From a bacterium (lineage in GTDB: Bacteria > Patescibacteriota > Gracilibacteria > JAUYGZ01): a stretch of DNA of 64,000 nt. The notes below the pieces were generated by a model. That model had not been told where the DNA came from. It saw nothing but the letters and a program-made list of their open reading frames with translations, and did not search any database. The stretch is from NCBI GenBank assembly GCA_030690415.1, contig JAUYGZ010000012.1, positions 19,325 through 83,324 on the forward strand, in the 5' to 3' direction. Positions 18,064 to 26,054 of the stretch are shown here, one piece after another. The stretch's first letter is position 1. Each line of letters starts with the position of its first letter. The position numbers and the translations under genes were made by a program.

Positions 18064-18346
18064 TCAGAGCGGCATTCTGTCTTTTACGAAATTCAAGAAT
18101 CAAAATGATAATAGCCAATCTCAATTTTCCCTCTATCTCTTCAGCCACCTCAGATCTCTTGTAAATCCGATCCAATTTACCAACCTTTATCTCAACCTCC
18201 TTATCTGTAAGGGTTCTCACGTACTCCTTTTTTGTCAGTGAATCAAAATCTGGCTCAGCATCTCTTAAATCAGACAAATCCCAATAATCATCAGCATCTA
18301 CCGGTCCCATCATATACGAATGAAGTGTCGAAACGTGAAGTGACAT
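17981..18346 (-). CDS. Hypothetical protein (weak call; 3' end overlaps the priA 3' end by 83 nt)
   Basis: 121-aa ORF in the otherwise empty 370-bp gap between priA and glyQS. Acidic N-terminal part and hydrophobic LRLAIIILILEF segment. No recognisable family. Confidence 0.3.
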   Translation of the reverse strand: MSLHVSTLHSYMMGPVDADDYWDLSDLRDAEPDFDSLTKKEYVRTLTDKEVEIKVGKLDRIYKRSEVAEEIEGKLRLAIIILILEFRKRQNAALITEGPHQSSSLEGEIIESTDFGDLSLG

Positions 18347-18434
18347 AAAAAACAGTTAGATGTGTCGGCACAATACCCGACAATGACGAATTGTCAAAAA
18401 CATCAGCACAGGAACACCAAAAAATAAGATATCT

Positions 18435-19790
18435 CTACAACCTCTGTCCCAACCATTCACCGAGTTCTTCGATCTTCACCCTCACCTGCTCCATACTATC
18501 CCGATCCCTCACCGTCACCGCCTGATCATCTTTCGTTTCATAATCCACCGTGACACAATACGGGGTTCCAATTTCATCCTGCCGGCGGTACCGCTTCCCA
18601 ATCGATCCTCCATCATCGTATTCCACAGCATAATCAATGATCAGATCATCAAAGATTTTTTCGGCAATCATATCCAGCCCATCTTTTTTCATCAAGGGCA
18701 TGACTGCGATCTTCACCGGTGCCATGTGGTGTGCAAACTTCATCACGATACGAGTATCACCATCAGGAAGTATCTCCTCCGTATAGGCATCACAAAGAAT
18801 GGCAAGCAATGATCGCTCGACTCCAAAAGTCGGCTCGACCACGTGGGGAACAAATCGCTCGTTGGTAATCGGATCTTGGTAATTCAGGGTCTTGCCGGAA
18901 TGCTCAGCATGCTGCCTCAAATCGAAATCGGTCCGATAAGCCAAACCATAGAGCTCACTTCGTCCAAAAGGAAAATCATACACAATATCTACCGTCCGCC
19001 TGGAGTAGTGGGACAGTTTTTCTTTGGGATGCTCATACTCATGACATTTCTCGGAATGAAGACCGATCAACTCACACCACTCATGCATGGATTTGAGCCA
19101 GTCATCAAAAACACCCTTCCACTGCTCTTCCCGAATAAAATATTCGATCTCCATCTGTTCGAATTCGAGCAAACGAAAGACAAAATTCCCAGGAGTGATT
19201 TCATTCCGGAAGGCTTTCCCGATCTGAGCAACTCCAAAAGGCAATTTGACGCGCATCGAATCAACAATGTTTTTATAGGTCAGAAAAATAGCCTGCGCCG
19301 TCTCAGGACGAAGATAGACCGTAGAATCTTCATCACCGGTCTTAGAAAGCTGTGTCGTAAACATCAGATTGAAGTAACGGGCAGCCGTAAAATCTTTCTT
19401 TCCGCATTTGGGACACTTCACGTCATTTTCCTCGATTAGTTTAGTCAAATCCGCTTCATTCAATCCCTCCGCCTCAATATTCAAAGCACCCTCGATCAGA
19501 TGATCTGCCCGGTGACGTGCCTTACAGTTTTTACAGTCCACCATAGCATCATTGAAGCCTTCCACATGACCGGATGCCACCCAAGTCCTGGGGTGAAGCA
19601 TAATCCCTCCATCAATCCCAACCATATCCCTCCGGGACTGAACAAAAATCTTCCACCATAGGTCCTTAATATTTTTCTTCAACTCTGCTCCATAGGGACC
19701 ATAGGTATAGCTATTGGCGAAACCTCCATAAATCTCTGATCCCGGATAGACAAATCCACGACGTTTGCAGAGAGAAATGATTTTATCCAT
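18435..19790 (-). CDS. glyQS: Glycine--tRNA ligase (single-chain class II GlyRS)
   Basis: 451 aa. The MDKIISLCKRRGFVYPGSEIYGGFANSYTYGPYGAELKKNIKDLWW N-terminus is typical of GlyQS. ATG at 19790. Confidence 0.95.
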   Translation of the reverse strand: MDKIISLCKRRGFVYPGSEIYGGFANSYTYGPYGAELKKNIKDLWWKIFVQSRRDMVGIDGGIMLHPRTWVASGHVEGFNDAMVDCKNCKARHRADHLIEGALNIEAEGLNEADLTKLIEENDVKCPKCGKKDFTAARYFNLMFTTQLSKTGDEDSTVYLRPETAQAIFLTYKNIVDSMRVKLPFGVAQIGKAFRNEITPGNFVFRLLEFEQMEIEYFIREEQWKGVFDDWLKSMHEWCELIGLHSEKCHEYEHPKEKLSHYSRRTVDIVYDFPFGRSELYGLAYRTDFDLRQHAEHSGKTLNYQDPITNERFVPHVVEPTFGVERSLLAILCDAYTEEILPDGDTRIVMKFAHHMAPVKIAVMPLMKKDGLDMIAEKIFDDLIIDYAVEYDDGGSIGKRYRRQDEIGTPYCVTVDYETKDDQAVTVRDRDSMEQVRVKIEELGEWLGQRL

Positions 19791-19812
19791 ATGAAGAGTT
19801 AAGAAATTCTCA

Positions 19813-21054
19813 TCACGCCACTAAACTATAAACCACATACACATCATTTCCCAGCTGCTTCATTTCTCGAAACTGCAGCTCCTTCGCCCCTTCAAATCCC
19901 AAATCCTCAAAAGTTAGAACCCCTGCTCCCAAAAACTGAGGTGCCATGTAAATCATCAGCTCATCAACCAGTCCCTCTCTCAAAAATGATGACCATATAC
20001 TCGGCCCTCCCTCCACATACAACGATGTCACTCCTCTTGCAGCCAACTCATCCAAAATCTGTCCCAAATGCAAATAACCCTTTTCAGTCGTATCAACCTC
20101 CAAAACCTGAACCCCTTTTTCCAATAACTTCAGTTTCCTCGACTCTCGCCGCCGAAACTGTCGTCCTCGAAAAACGATGGTACCCAGGTGAAGCACCTGA
20201 CGATCAAGAGGAACACTGAGCGCAGCGTCCAACACAACCGGAATCGGTTGAAGACCAATCACCTTTCCTTTCTCATTCCGAACCGTGAGAGCCGGATCAT
20301 CATCGATCACGGTTGCTGCCCCAACCAAAATTGCATCATACTGGGCCCTCATCTGATGAACATGAACCTGAGACTCTTTCCCTGTCAGCCAGAGCTGCTG
20401 TCCTCGTTCCGGAACGATTCGTCCGTCGAGAGTCTGGGCGATCTTCAAGCTCACCCAGGGCCGGTGCTGTTGAACCCACTTGAAAAAGAATCGATTCTGC
20501 CATTTCAGATCCTCCAGAAGCTTCTCTTCTAGACTGTCATTGCGAGGAGCGGATGGCTCTGGATTGGAGCGACGAAGCAATCCCGACACCCCAGCACTGT
20601 GCAGAAATTCACGGGATTGCTTCAGTCGTTCCTCCTTCGCAATGACACGCTGTATTTCCCCCTGTTCTTCTTCCAACACCAACACCTCCACCCCCCACCC
20701 CCTAAGCATATCCACCCCCTTTCCCCTCACCAGAGGATTCGGATCATATAACCCCACCACCACCTTCTTCACTCCCTTCTCAAGAATAATATCCGTACAA
20801 GGTGGAGTCTTCCCCACATGGCAGCAAGGTTCCAATGTGATATAGAGCACATCATCGGGCCAAACTGATTCCGTAAACAATCCCAGGAGATTCCGTTCGG
20901 CATGCCCTTCACCGATCTTTCGATGCCAATCTTCAGCAATGATCTTTCCCTTTCGAACCAACAGAGCTCCCACCACCGGATTTGGGGAAACAAAACCACG
21001 TCCTTTTTCAGCCAATTCAATAGCCCTGCACAAATACGGAAGATAAGATTTCAT
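19813..21054 (-). CDS. ribD: Bifunctional riboflavin biosynthesis protein RibD (deaminase/reductase)
   Basis: Start moved to the internal ATG (MKSYLPYLCRAIELAEKGRGFVSPNPVVGALLV). Zinc deaminase motifs HAE and PCCHVGKTPPC are present. The C-terminal reductase half carries a ~60-aa insert between the domains. Confidence 0.9.
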   Translation of the reverse strand: MKSYLPYLCRAIELAEKGRGFVSPNPVVGALLVRKGKIIAEDWHRKIGEGHAERNLLGLFTESVWPDDVLYITLEPCCHVGKTPPCTDIILEKGVKKVVVGLYDPNPLVRGKGVDMLRGWGVEVLVLEEEQGEIQRVIAKEERLKQSREFLHSAGVSGLLRRSNPEPSAPRNDSLEEKLLEDLKWQNRFFFKWVQQHRPWVSLKIAQTLDGRIVPERGQQLWLTGKESQVHVHQMRAQYDAILVGAATVIDDDPALTVRNEKGKVIGLQPIPVVLDAALSVPLDRQVLHLGTIVFRGRQFRRRESRKLKLLEKGVQVLEVDTTEKGYLHLGQILDELAARGVTSLYVEGGPSIWSSFLREGLVDELMIYMAPQFLGAGVLTFEDLGFEGAKELQFREMKQLGNDVYVVYSLVA

Positions 21055-21114
21055 GTTGAAAAAGCCAGAAATCAAGAGTATCGTAGCAGATAATATCATT
21101 CATTACCCTGAATT

Positions 21115-21483
21115 ATGGCCGATTCAGAACAAATCATCGCTCTGCTCACGTCAATCAAAAATGATCAGGGAGAAATCAAGCAAGCCCTGAGAGCCATTTA
21201 CGGTGATACCGAAAACCAGGACGACCTCATTAAAAAAATCGGAAAAAGCATCACCACAGAAATCAGAACTGACATGCAAAAACTGGAAAGAAGCCTGAAA
21301 GAGATGGAAACTAAAATAGGATCTATCCCAAAAATTCTTGAATCACTGACGAAACTCATCACCATCAATCAACAGCTCAATCCCGGATACATCAAAGAAA
21401 TCAAGGACGACGTCGACTTTATCAGGCATGAATACTACACACTGGAGACCAAACTCAACAACATCTCACAAAAAATAAGATAA
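21115..21483 (+). CDS. Hypothetical coiled-coil protein
   Basis: 122 aa with a heptad-like charged sequence and no TM segment. Sits on the opposite strand between ribA and ribD. Followed by the palindrome aagaatt-ttg-aattctt. Confidence 0.5.
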   Translation: MADSEQIIALLTSIKNDQGEIKQALRAIYGDTENQDDLIKKIGKSITTEIRTDMQKLERSLKEMETKIGSIPKILESLTKLITINQQLNPGYIKEIKDDVDFIRHEYYTLETKLNNISQKIR

Positions 21484-21518
21484 GAATTTTGAATTCTTCA
21501 TTCTTAATTTTTCATTAT

Positions 21519-22088
21519 TTATTCGTGTCCTAATTTTTCCCGTTTGGCCTTCAGGTAACGTTTTCCTCTTTCAGAATCGAGCTCAACCTGAATCGGAAAC
21601 TTCTCAACCCGAAATCCTTCTTTTCGCAAAGCCTCAACCTTGAGTGGATTATTGGTGAGCAGCTTCACCGTACTAAGGTCAAAATCCCGCAAAATAGTCA
21701 CCGCAATCCCATACTCTCGCTCATCATTTTCTCTTCCCAAAAACAAATTGGCCTCAACCGTATCCATCCCCTTCCTCTGAAGCTCATAGGCCTTGATTTT
21801 GTTCGTAAGTCCAACACCCCTCCCCTCCTGATCAAGATAGATCAGGACCCCTCCCTCCTCCTGAATCCGCAGCATCGCCAAATGCAACTGTTGTCCACAA
21901 TCACAGTACTTGGAGGCAAAAGTATCTCCCGTCAGACACTTCGAATGAATCCGAACAAGGGGGATGTGATCAGCCCAGGATTTGAACAAAACCACATGTT
22001 CCTTTCCCGTCTCCTCTTCGGCGTATAACCTAAGCTGAAAATCCCCAAAAGATGTTTCCAAAACGGTTTCCGCAGTTTTTTTAAGCAT
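21519..22088 (-). CDS. ribA: GTP cyclohydrolase II
   Basis: Start at the ATG at 22088 (MLKKTAETVLETSFGDF). Contains the motif RIHSKCLTGDTFASKYCDCGQQL. Overlaps the ribB stop by 8 nt (ATGCTTAA). Confidence 0.9.
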   Translation of the reverse strand: MLKKTAETVLETSFGDFQLRLYAEEETGKEHVVLFKSWADHIPLVRIHSKCLTGDTFASKYCDCGQQLHLAMLRIQEEGGVLIYLDQEGRGVGLTNKIKAYELQRKGMDTVEANLFLGRENDEREYGIAVTILRDFDLSTVKLLTNNPLKVEALRKEGFRVEKFPIQVELDSERGKRYLKAKREKLGHE

Positions 22089-22716
22089 GTTGACGGTCGA
22101 TAATCGTATCCAGATGGATCCCCAAATGCTCTCTAAGGGCCTCAATCGTGATGAGCTTGAGAGCATGCTTTTTTTTGAAAGCCAGCAAATCATCACCTCT
22201 CACCATCTCACCGTCTTCACGAATGATTTCACAAATAACCCCAACAGGAGTCAATCCTGCCAACTGCATCAATGCCACTGTGGCCTCCGTGTGTCCCTGG
22301 CGAGCAGCCAGTCCGCCGGTATCGGCAATAATAGGAAAGACATGTCCCGGGCTCACGAAATCCCCCTCCACCGAAAGATCATCAGCTAAAGCCCTCACAG
22401 TCCTGGCTCGATCTGCCGCGGATATCCCGGTAGTGATGCCTTCCCTCAGATCGCAAGAAACCGTAAATCGACAGTGATCTTTATCTTCATTTTTTCGAAG
22501 CATGAGAGGAAGACTGAGCTTCATCGCGCGATGCCTCTCAAGAGGCGTACAGACCAGTCCCCGAGCATGAGTGATCATAAAATTGATGTCTTCCGGCATA
22601 CAAAGCTCCGCCGACATGATGAGGTCTCCCTCGTTTTCGCGATCTTCACTATCAACAACAATGATCATTTTCCCCTGACGAATATCAGCTACCGCATCAT
22701 GGACAGAATCAAACAT
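22081..22716 (-). CDS. ribB: 3,4-dihydroxy-2-butanone 4-phosphate synthase
   Basis: Start moved to the ATG at 22716 (MFDSVHDAVADIRQGKMIIVVDSEDRENEGDL). The 21 upstream codons of the track ORF are an antisense reading of the KD repeat. Confidence 0.9.
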   Translation of the reverse strand: MFDSVHDAVADIRQGKMIIVVDSEDRENEGDLIMSAELCMPEDINFMITHARGLVCTPLERHRAMKLSLPLMLRKNEDKDHCRFTVSCDLREGITTGISAADRARTVRALADDLSVEGDFVSPGHVFPIIADTGGLAARQGHTEATVALMQLAGLTPVGVICEIIREDGEMVRGDDLLAFKKKHALKLITIEALREHLGIHLDTIIDRQHA

Positions 22717-22723
22717 AACAAGA

Positions 22724-22755
22724 AAGACTATAAAGACGATAAGGACTATAAAGAA
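22724..22755 (+). repeat. KD-repeat element copy (sense orientation aagactataaagacgataaggactataaagaa)
   Basis: Read directly between the ribB start and the ribH stop. It is an imperfect inverted partner of 22791..22833. Confidence 0.7.
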
Positions 22756-22775
22756 CCAAGGGGTGAGGAGATACT

Positions 22776-23312
22776 TCACATTTCATACTCATCATTATCA
22801 TCGTTATTATCTTTATCATCCTTATCATCCTTCATGAGATTCAGCCACTCCAAAGCCGTATAGGCCGCAAGTTTACCATGATTATGCTCACCAGAGCTCC
22901 TCTTCAGCCCCTCTTTGAGAGAATAAGGTGCCAATACTTCCATCACTACTGGAATATCCTCCTCCAACATAACCTCCATACACCCCCTGGCACATTCATT
23001 GGCCACCATCTCAAAGTGATAAGTATCACCCTTCACGATACACCCCAAGGCCACGATAACATCAAACATAGGCTCCTCCTGACCATCATCGTGAACAGCT
23101 ACCAGACAGGCAAGTCGCTGCGCCATAAGAGGAATTTCAAAGGCTCCAGGAACACGATGAACCTGCCACTGCAATCCTTCAATCCCTTCAAACACCCTCT
23201 CCAAACCGTTCAAAAGCCCATCAGAAATCTTCGGATGAAACTCTGAGAGAATAACCGCCACTCGGCCGGAAACACCTCTATACGATCGATCTGTTATTTT
23301 TTTTAACGCCAT
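22776..23312 (-). CDS. ribH: 6,7-dimethyl-8-ribityllumazine synthase with an acidic/KD-repeat C-terminal tail
   Basis: Core sequence RVAVILSEFHPKISDGLLNG...HRVPGAFEIPLMAQ...ALGCIVKGDTYHFEMVANE. Tail is NLMKDDKDDKDNNDDNDEYEM, encoded by the repeat element. Confidence 0.93.
   Translation of the reverse strand: MALKKITDRSYRGVSGRVAVILSEFHPKISDGLLNGLERVFEGIEGLQWQVHRVPGAFEIPLMAQRLACLVAVHDDGQEEPMFDVIVALGCIVKGDTYHFEMVANECARGCMEVMLEEDIPVVMEVLAPYSLKEGLKRSSGEHNHGKLAAYTALEWLNLMKDDKDDKDNNDDNDEYEM
22791..22833 (-). repeat. KD-repeat element copy forming the 3' end of ribH
   Basis: atcattatcatcgttattatctttatcatccttatcatccttc read directly. Shares the ATCATCCTTAT core with the copies at 49101, 49474, 49687 and 54071. 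Confidence 0.75.
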
Positions 23313-23887
23313 ATCTTCAATCGTTCTACATAATGAGCCAGAAGATCCGTCTCTACATTCACCTTATCCCCCTCAGACCGCGCATGGAGATTCGTATTCT
23401 GCCATGTATGGGGAATAATCGCCACCTGAATCTCCGCCTTTTCATCATCAAGAGCTATAACAGTGAGAGCTATCCCATCAAGGATGATAATGCCCTTCAG
23501 AATCACATACTTCATAAAGTCTAAAGGTATACAAATGGCAATGATAAGATCAGATCCGGATTCTTGATCAATTTTTTTGATCACGCCAAAACCTTCGACA
23601 TGACCCAGGACAATATGCCCATCCAAGCGATCATCAGTCTTCATCGCCCGCTCAACATTCAGTAAATCTCCAAGACGCAGGTCTCCCAAATTTGTCAGCC
23701 GCATTGTTTCCTCGAGCACATCAACCCGAAAGCCCTGCTCGTCAATCTCCACCACCGTCAAACAAGCCCCATTGCAGGCCACACTCTGACCAATCTTCAA
23801 TTCACTCGCAAAGGGCACATTAAACCAAAAAACATTGTCCGTTATAGAACGAAGAGCAGCAGTGGTTTCAATAATTCCGGTAAACAT
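23303..23887 (-). CDS. ribE: Riboflavin synthase (alpha chain)
   Basis: Start at the internal ATG (MFTGIIETTAALRSI). Shows the two-repeat lumazine-binding architecture. Its stop overlaps the ribH start. Confidence 0.92.
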   Translation of the reverse strand: MFTGIIETTAALRSITDNVFWFNVPFASELKIGQSVACNGACLTVVEIDEQGFRVDVLEETMRLTNLGDLRLGDLLNVERAMKTDDRLDGHIVLGHVEGFGVIKKIDQESGSDLIIAICIPLDFMKYVILKGIIILDGIALTVIALDDEKAEIQVAIIPHTWQNTNLHARSEGDKVNVETDLLAHYVERLKIWR

Positions 23888-23937
23888 AGAAAATGTGCAT
23901 ATTGGTATGTTGTGGCTGCTGGCATAAAACCATGCCA

Positions 23938-24603
23938 TTACTTCATGGCACCAAGCTTGTTCAAAACATCCCGAATACTTTCCACCACAAAATCCGGCTC
24001 CGCCGCCAGCAAACGATCCTCAGGACTCGAACCACCCCGAATCGCGATGGTTTTAACCCCCGCCAACCTTCCCGCACGAATATCGTGCTCGCTATCTCCA
24101 ATGAACACAGACCCCTCCAAGGATCTCTCCAACCGCTTCAACGCCTCCAGAACCGGCTCGGGACTGGGCTTTTGAAAAGGAATTGAATCAGCACAGATCA
24201 CCGCGTCAAAATAATGACCAATCCCCAACTGCTCAAAAATCCCATCCGCTTCGAAATGCTTATTCCCCGTGACCACTCCCATCGGGATATTGCGTATACT
24301 GAGCAATTCCAAAAGTTCAGCCACTCCATCGATCAGCCTAAGATGCTGCTGAACCAGACGAGGAAAATTTTTTTGGTACTGCGCTATCGCGTCATCAATA
24401 CTCACCGACTCCGGAATCCAGGGTCGAAGGGTATTGATCAATCCTCGACCAAACGAAGCCTTCAGCTCGATTTCATCAGTCACTTTACCTCCCATATCCA
24501 GGGCAGTTTGTTTCATGCAAGCAACAACCCCCGGCTCGGAATCAATCAGCGTCCCATCGAGATCAAAAAGCCAAGTGGTAAATCCGGAAAAGGGCACGTT
24601 CAT
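23938..24603 (-). CDS. HAD-superfamily phosphatase (Gph-like), first gene of the rib operon
   Basis: Start at the ATG at 24603 (MNVPFSGFTTWLFDLDGTLIDS, DxDxT motif). A late GDSEHDIRAG motif is present. The gene ends 51 nt before ribE. Confidence 0.85.
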   Translation of the reverse strand: MNVPFSGFTTWLFDLDGTLIDSEPGVVACMKQTALDMGGKVTDEIELKASFGRGLINTLRPWIPESVSIDDAIAQYQKNFPRLVQQHLRLIDGVAELLELLSIRNIPMGVVTGNKHFEADGIFEQLGIGHYFDAVICADSIPFQKPSPEPVLEALKRLERSLEGSVFIGDSEHDIRAGRLAGVKTIAIRGGSSPEDRLLAAEPDFVVESIRDVLNKLGAMK

Positions 24604-24668
24604 AAGAATAATCAAGTGGGAAGAGTATAACATATCATGCTATAAGAAGAGGAGTTAACTCATCCCCC

Positions 24669-25193
24669 ATGCCCATCACCTTCCCAATCGGAATCCTTGG
24701 TGGCCTCATCCTCGTTATCGGAGCGGCTTATCCCGACAAACCAGTCAGACATCCGGTACAGTCTACCCGAAACTGGCTTCTCTCCATAGGAGGACTTCTC
24801 ATGCTCACCTATTCTATCCTGAACTACCTTGAAGGTGGACCAGTCTTCTTCATCTTCCTTCAAGGACTGATCAATATCGCCAGTATCTTCATGATGAGCA
24901 ATGCCCCTGAAAAAATTTCAACGCCCATCATTGTCGTCAGCGGTATGTCCCTTATTGTCTGGTCGCTCAGCCTCTTCGAAGGCATCAACACTTTCTTTTT
25001 TATCATCGGCCTCTCCGGTATCGCACTGGGATATGTGCTCAAACCAGGCACCTTCAGACGCAATCTTGCTCTCTTTACCGGATCAGTCTTGATCGCCGTT
25101 TTCAGCTACATCGAAGCATCCTGGATCTTCTTCTGGCTGAATGTATTCTTCGCCATCTTTTCCGGCTATTACTCCTGGAAGCTATGGAAATAA
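24669..25193 (+). CDS. Integral membrane protein (about 5-6 TM), family not recognised
   Basis: 174 aa and almost entirely hydrophobic helices. Divergent from the rib operon across a 65-bp spacer. Confidence 0.7.
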   Translation: MPITFPIGILGGLILVIGAAYPDKPVRHPVQSTRNWLLSIGGLLMLTYSILNYLEGGPVFFIFLQGLINIASIFMMSNAPEKISTPIIVVSGMSLIVWSLSLFEGINTFFFIIGLSGIALGYVLKPGTFRRNLALFTGSVLIAVFSYIEASWIFFWLNVFFAIFSGYYSWKLWK

Positions 25194-25397
25194 AGAATCA
25201 TTTGTTTTACATTTTACTCAACTGCGCAAACAGGAAACATGTCTCTTTATCCAAAATCCACAATGTAGCCTCAGGGAATCCAACATCTGCTGTTTGATTG
25301 TTCAGACCGCGTGCGGAATCCCACCTTGTTCAGATGGTTACGGATAATTGGACAGCCCTTTTGCGCGGTTTCTAAAGAAACTTTCAAACGCATCACC

Positions 25398-25670
25398 ATG
25401 CTTCAATCGTTTATCACCACCTTCCTGGCTGTATTTCTCGCGGAAATGGGCGACAAAACCCAGCTGGCCACCTTCGGATTTGCAGCCCAGGAAGGATCAA
25501 AACTCACCGTCTTTCTGGCTGCTTCTCTAGCCCTGATCACGGCATCCGCAATAGGCGTCCTCGCGGGAAGCCTGATCGGAAAAACCATTCCCATACACTA
25601 CATCAAATACGGATCAGGGATCCTTTTTATTGGTATCGGAGTCTGGACGATTTGGAAGGCAAAGCTCTAA
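25398..25670 (+). CDS. UPF0016/GDT1 (TMEM165)-family cation transporter, single-repeat half-size form
   Basis: Start at the internal ATG (MLQSFITTFLAVFLAEMGDKTQLAT). The E-x-G-D-K-T signature occurs once. 90 aa with 3 TM segments. Confidence 0.85.
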   Translation: MLQSFITTFLAVFLAEMGDKTQLATFGFAAQEGSKLTVFLAASLALITASAIGVLAGSLIGKTIPIHYIKYGSGILFIGIGVWTIWKAKL

Positions 25671-25912
25671 CTCCCTTCTTCAAGGGGACAATCATGATCC
25701 ACGGAAACCAAACAATCGGCCGTATCACAATGACCAGTCTCACAATCAACCGGCGCATCAATAATGGAAGCCAGAGACATCTGATTTGGCACAAATCCTT
25801 GGGAAATAAGAACGAGAACCACCGCAAATGTAAGCAAAAAAACCGTAATAACCTGCTTGCGGCTACTCCTAGAAAGACGTTCTTTCAATCGATGAAATCG
25901 CTTCTTATTCAT
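25667..25912 (-). CDS. Small membrane-anchored Cys/His-rich protein
   Basis: 81 aa with a basic N-terminus, one TM segment (VITVFLLTFAVVLVLI) and the tail DAPVDCETGHCDTADCLVSVDHDCPLEE. Its stop overlaps the UPF0016 stop by 4 nt (convergent). Confidence 0.45.
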   Translation of the reverse strand: MNKKRFHRLKERLSRSSRKQVITVFLLTFAVVLVLISQGFVPNQMSLASIIDAPVDCETGHCDTADCLVSVDHDCPLEEGS

Positions 25913-26005
25913 AGTATGAAATGAACATTATTTGAGAAGAGAACAATAATCATATTATCATATTTTTATGATAAAATCAACCGCACTAGAAAAGCCCCCA
26001 TCCCC

Positions 26006-26030
26006 GTAGAGACAATTCACGAATTGTCTC
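26006..26030. repeat. Solitary REP-like palindrome gtagagacaattc-ac-gaattgtctc
   Basis: Shares the CCGTAGAGAC...GTCTC arms with the REP palindromes of the RAYT locus at 45.7-47.2 kb. Intergenic, just downstream of purD. Confidence 0.6.
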
Positions 26031-26054
26031 ACCTCACGAATCATTTCCACACCA

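Noticed and set aside
22724-22755. DYKDDKD peptide or DNA resembling a FLAG epitope tag (DYKDDDDK), suggesting an engineered construct
   Set aside because: The sequence and codons differ from FLAG. The copies are numerous and variable, occur in both orientations and also in non-coding DNA. There is no vector-like sequence nearby.
22717-22779. Hydrophobic N-terminal extension of RibB (MKYLLTPWFFIVLIVFIVFLV) suggesting a membrane anchor
   Set aside because: It is the antisense translation of the KD repeat. The conserved RibB core starts at the internal ATG at 22716.
24604-24668. FMN riboswitch upstream of the rib operon
   Set aside because: The spacer is only 65 bp and shows none of the conserved FMN-element helices. 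It cannot be excluded elsewhere, for example before ribD, without a covariance-model scan.
25194-25397. yybP-ykoY manganese riboswitch ahead of the UPF0016 transporter
   Set aside because: I found no GGGGAGUAG or matching 3' box by eye. This needs an Infernal scan to be certain.
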